DNA of 36,032 bases from a virus: UHGV virus genome UHGV-0254045. One strand, written 5' to 3'. The notes under the pieces are model-generated. The model did no database searches. It saw only the letters and a program-made list of their open reading frames with translations, and was not told where the DNA came from. Positions 35,089 to 36,032 of this stretch are shown here, piece by piece; within the stretch, counting starts at the first letter, position 1, and each line of letters begins with the position of its first letter. The position numbers and the translations under genes are program-made.

Positions 35089-35580
35089 TTATTGTAATTC
35101 CGCAAGCAAAGTAGTTTTAATAGTTTCAATGTCGGTAAAAATCAGCGAGATACCTTTTTGTACTTTCGCCAAAACATCATAAGCTTTACGGATAATTCTC
35201 TGTTTGCTTACCTCGTCAAGTCTTACCGGTACGTTGTTGCTTCTTTGTATGTATTCATCGGATAAATATTGTTTTGTAATCGGGAATATATTCTGAATTA
35301 AAAATGCCGTCTCGTAACCGATCACATTAGCGAAATCGATATAGTCGCAACGATGATATATATTCACGCATTTTTGGTAAATTGCGTGGTATTTCTCAAC
35401 CTTCGAAGATATGGGTATAAACCAAAACAAGTCCGGATTGGTTTTGTCAACCAACGTAAAATAGCAAGGACGACCGTGCGGATTTCCGTTCGAATCTATT
35501 TCTTTGTTCGGCATAAGTCCGCAGTTTTGAAATTTCTGATAAAAGGAATCCGATACAAACCAAAATTCACCCGTTGTCAT
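35089..35580 (-). CDS. cptN: Type III toxin-antitoxin endoribonuclease, CptN family
   Basis: RPCYF...FWFIPISSKVEKY...CD...AFLIQNIFPIT..Y; 163 aa; preceded by a terminator and 45-nt repeats. Confidence 0.88.
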   Translation of the reverse strand: MTTGEFWFVSDSFYQKFQNCGLMPNKEIDSNGNPHGRPCYFTLVDKTNPDLFWFIPISSKVEKYHAIYQKCVNIYHRCDYIDFANVIGYETAFLIQNIFPITKQYLSDEYIQRSNNVPVRLDEVSKQRIIRKAYDVLAKVQKGISLIFTDIETIKTTLLAELQ

Positions 35581-35600
35581 TCGTTAAATCTCCCATACAC

Positions 35601-35627
35601 AAAAAGTAACTCCGTTACCGGAGTTAC
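35601..35627 (-). terminator. Terminator between antitoxin repeats and toxin
   Basis: Minus strand gtaactccg-gtaa-cggagttac-TTTTT. Confidence 0.9.
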
Positions 35628-35630
35628 CGA

Positions 35631-35724
35631 AATATTTGTTCTCGACCTTGTTTTGGTTGCATATCGAGTAGCAACAATATTTGTTCTCGACCTTGTTTTG
35701 GTTGCATATCGAGTAGCAACAATA
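35631..35724 (-). ncRNA. cptI: Type III antitoxin RNA: two identical 45-nt tandem repeats plus 4 nt
   Basis: 35631-35675 is identical to 35676-35720; RNA unit GUUGCUACUCGAUAUGCAACCAAAACAAGGUCGAGAACAAAUAUU can form an H-type pseudoknot (GUUGC/GCAAC; CUCGA/UCGAG). Confidence 0.9.
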
Positions 35725-35742
35725 ACTTGCTTTCGCACTATT

Positions 35743-35771
35743 ATTATATGTCAAAATGAAAGGCTTGTCAA
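35743..35771 (-). promoter_or_regulatory. Consensus sigma70 promoter driving cptIN
   Basis: Minus strand TTGACA-17 nt-TATAAT, perfect consensus. Confidence 0.92.
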
Positions 35772-35882
35772 CCCTTTTAAACAAAATTTTTATAAAAAAG
35801 CAAAAATTTTTATACTTTTTGGCGTAAAAACCAGAAAATTATGGCTTTTCTATGACTGAAAAAATAAAAGGAGAAAATTTTT

Positions 35883-36032
35883 ATGGCTGGACCAGTAACA
35901 TGGAGCTTTGGAAGATACAGCGGACCATTTTCGGATACGTGGGGATTCAATCCTGTTCCTGATTATGAAGATAAAACGCAAAATGATGTAGAGCAAAGTT
36001 TCTTTACTAATCCGTTAAATCCGGGCGCTGTT
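35883..36032 (+). CDS. First 50 codons of the large tail tip protein (continues at position 1)
   Basis: RBS aaggag; MAGPVTWSFG...NPLNPGAV with no stop; in frame with 1..2439. Confidence 0.8.
   Translation, partial: MAGPVTWSFGRYSGPFSDTWGFNPVPDYEDKTQNDVEQSFFTNPLNPGAV

Larger units (their letters stand above)
1..36032. mobile_element. Temperate tailed phage (Caudoviricetes), apparently complete circular genome in excised attP form
   Basis: Terminase, portal, capsid, tail, integrase, repressor and replication genes all present; no host genes; ORF 35883-36032 (exactly 50 codons) joins in frame to open frame 1 at position 1; att core has phage genes on both sides. Confidence 0.93.

Noticed and set aside
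35631..35724. 45-nt repeats as a CRISPR mini-array
   Set aside because: Repeats are directly adjacent with no spacer; the promoter-repeat-terminator-toxin layout is that of a type III antitoxin
35782..35814. Direct repeat aaaatttttata x2 upstream of the tail tip gene
   Set aside because: Low-complexity AT-rich context; cannot be distinguished from chance
35353..35859. ORFs 35353-35859 (+) and 35584-35784 (-) with repeated peptides
   Set aside because: Artefacts of the 45-nt (multiple of 3) antitoxin repeats overlapping the cptIN promoter and terminator
25295..35862. Shared gactgaaa at the end of the 236-aa tail gene and upstream of 35883 as a recombination site that rejoins the tail gene
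   Set aside because: Only 8 bp, includes the stop codon, and an in-frame TAA at 35865 precedes the second ORF, so no fusion would result
1..36032. Alternative genetic code or stop-codon recoding
   Set aside because: Standard code gives dense, full-length genes, and TGA serves as a stop in several ATGA overlaps

Overview
The window appears to be the complete, circularly permuted 36,032-bp genome of a temperate tailed phage, probably of a Bacillota (Clostridia-like) host, in its excised (attP) form. The ORF starting at 35883 runs in frame across the window end into 1..2439. Modules in order: tail tip and fibres (1-5861); three membrane proteins where a lysis cassette is expected, with no recognisable endolysin (5868-8063); attP carrying a tRNA-Ser 3' end, then a tyrosine integrase; a cI/cro switch; recombination and replication genes (Sak4-like ATPase, nuclease, initiator with iterons, DnaC-like loader); an accessory block with candidate anti-defence sponges; a late activator; neck and short-tail genes placed BEFORE terS/terL/portal/minor capsid/scaffold/major capsid; a post-capsid cassette; and an antisense type III CptIN toxin-antitoxin locus. 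The most interesting candidate system is the post-capsid cassette: two otherwise unrelated proteins share a short E-[FY]-R-x-N-T-x-Y motif, and one carries an Apk2-like alarmone synthetase detached from MuF, followed by an uncalled 39-aa ORF and an HD hydrolase. Other oddities: an apparently split tail-tip gene interrupted by the head module, a very short tape measure, and a palindrome recurring at four module boundaries. All family assignments come from motif recognition by eye; no searches were run.
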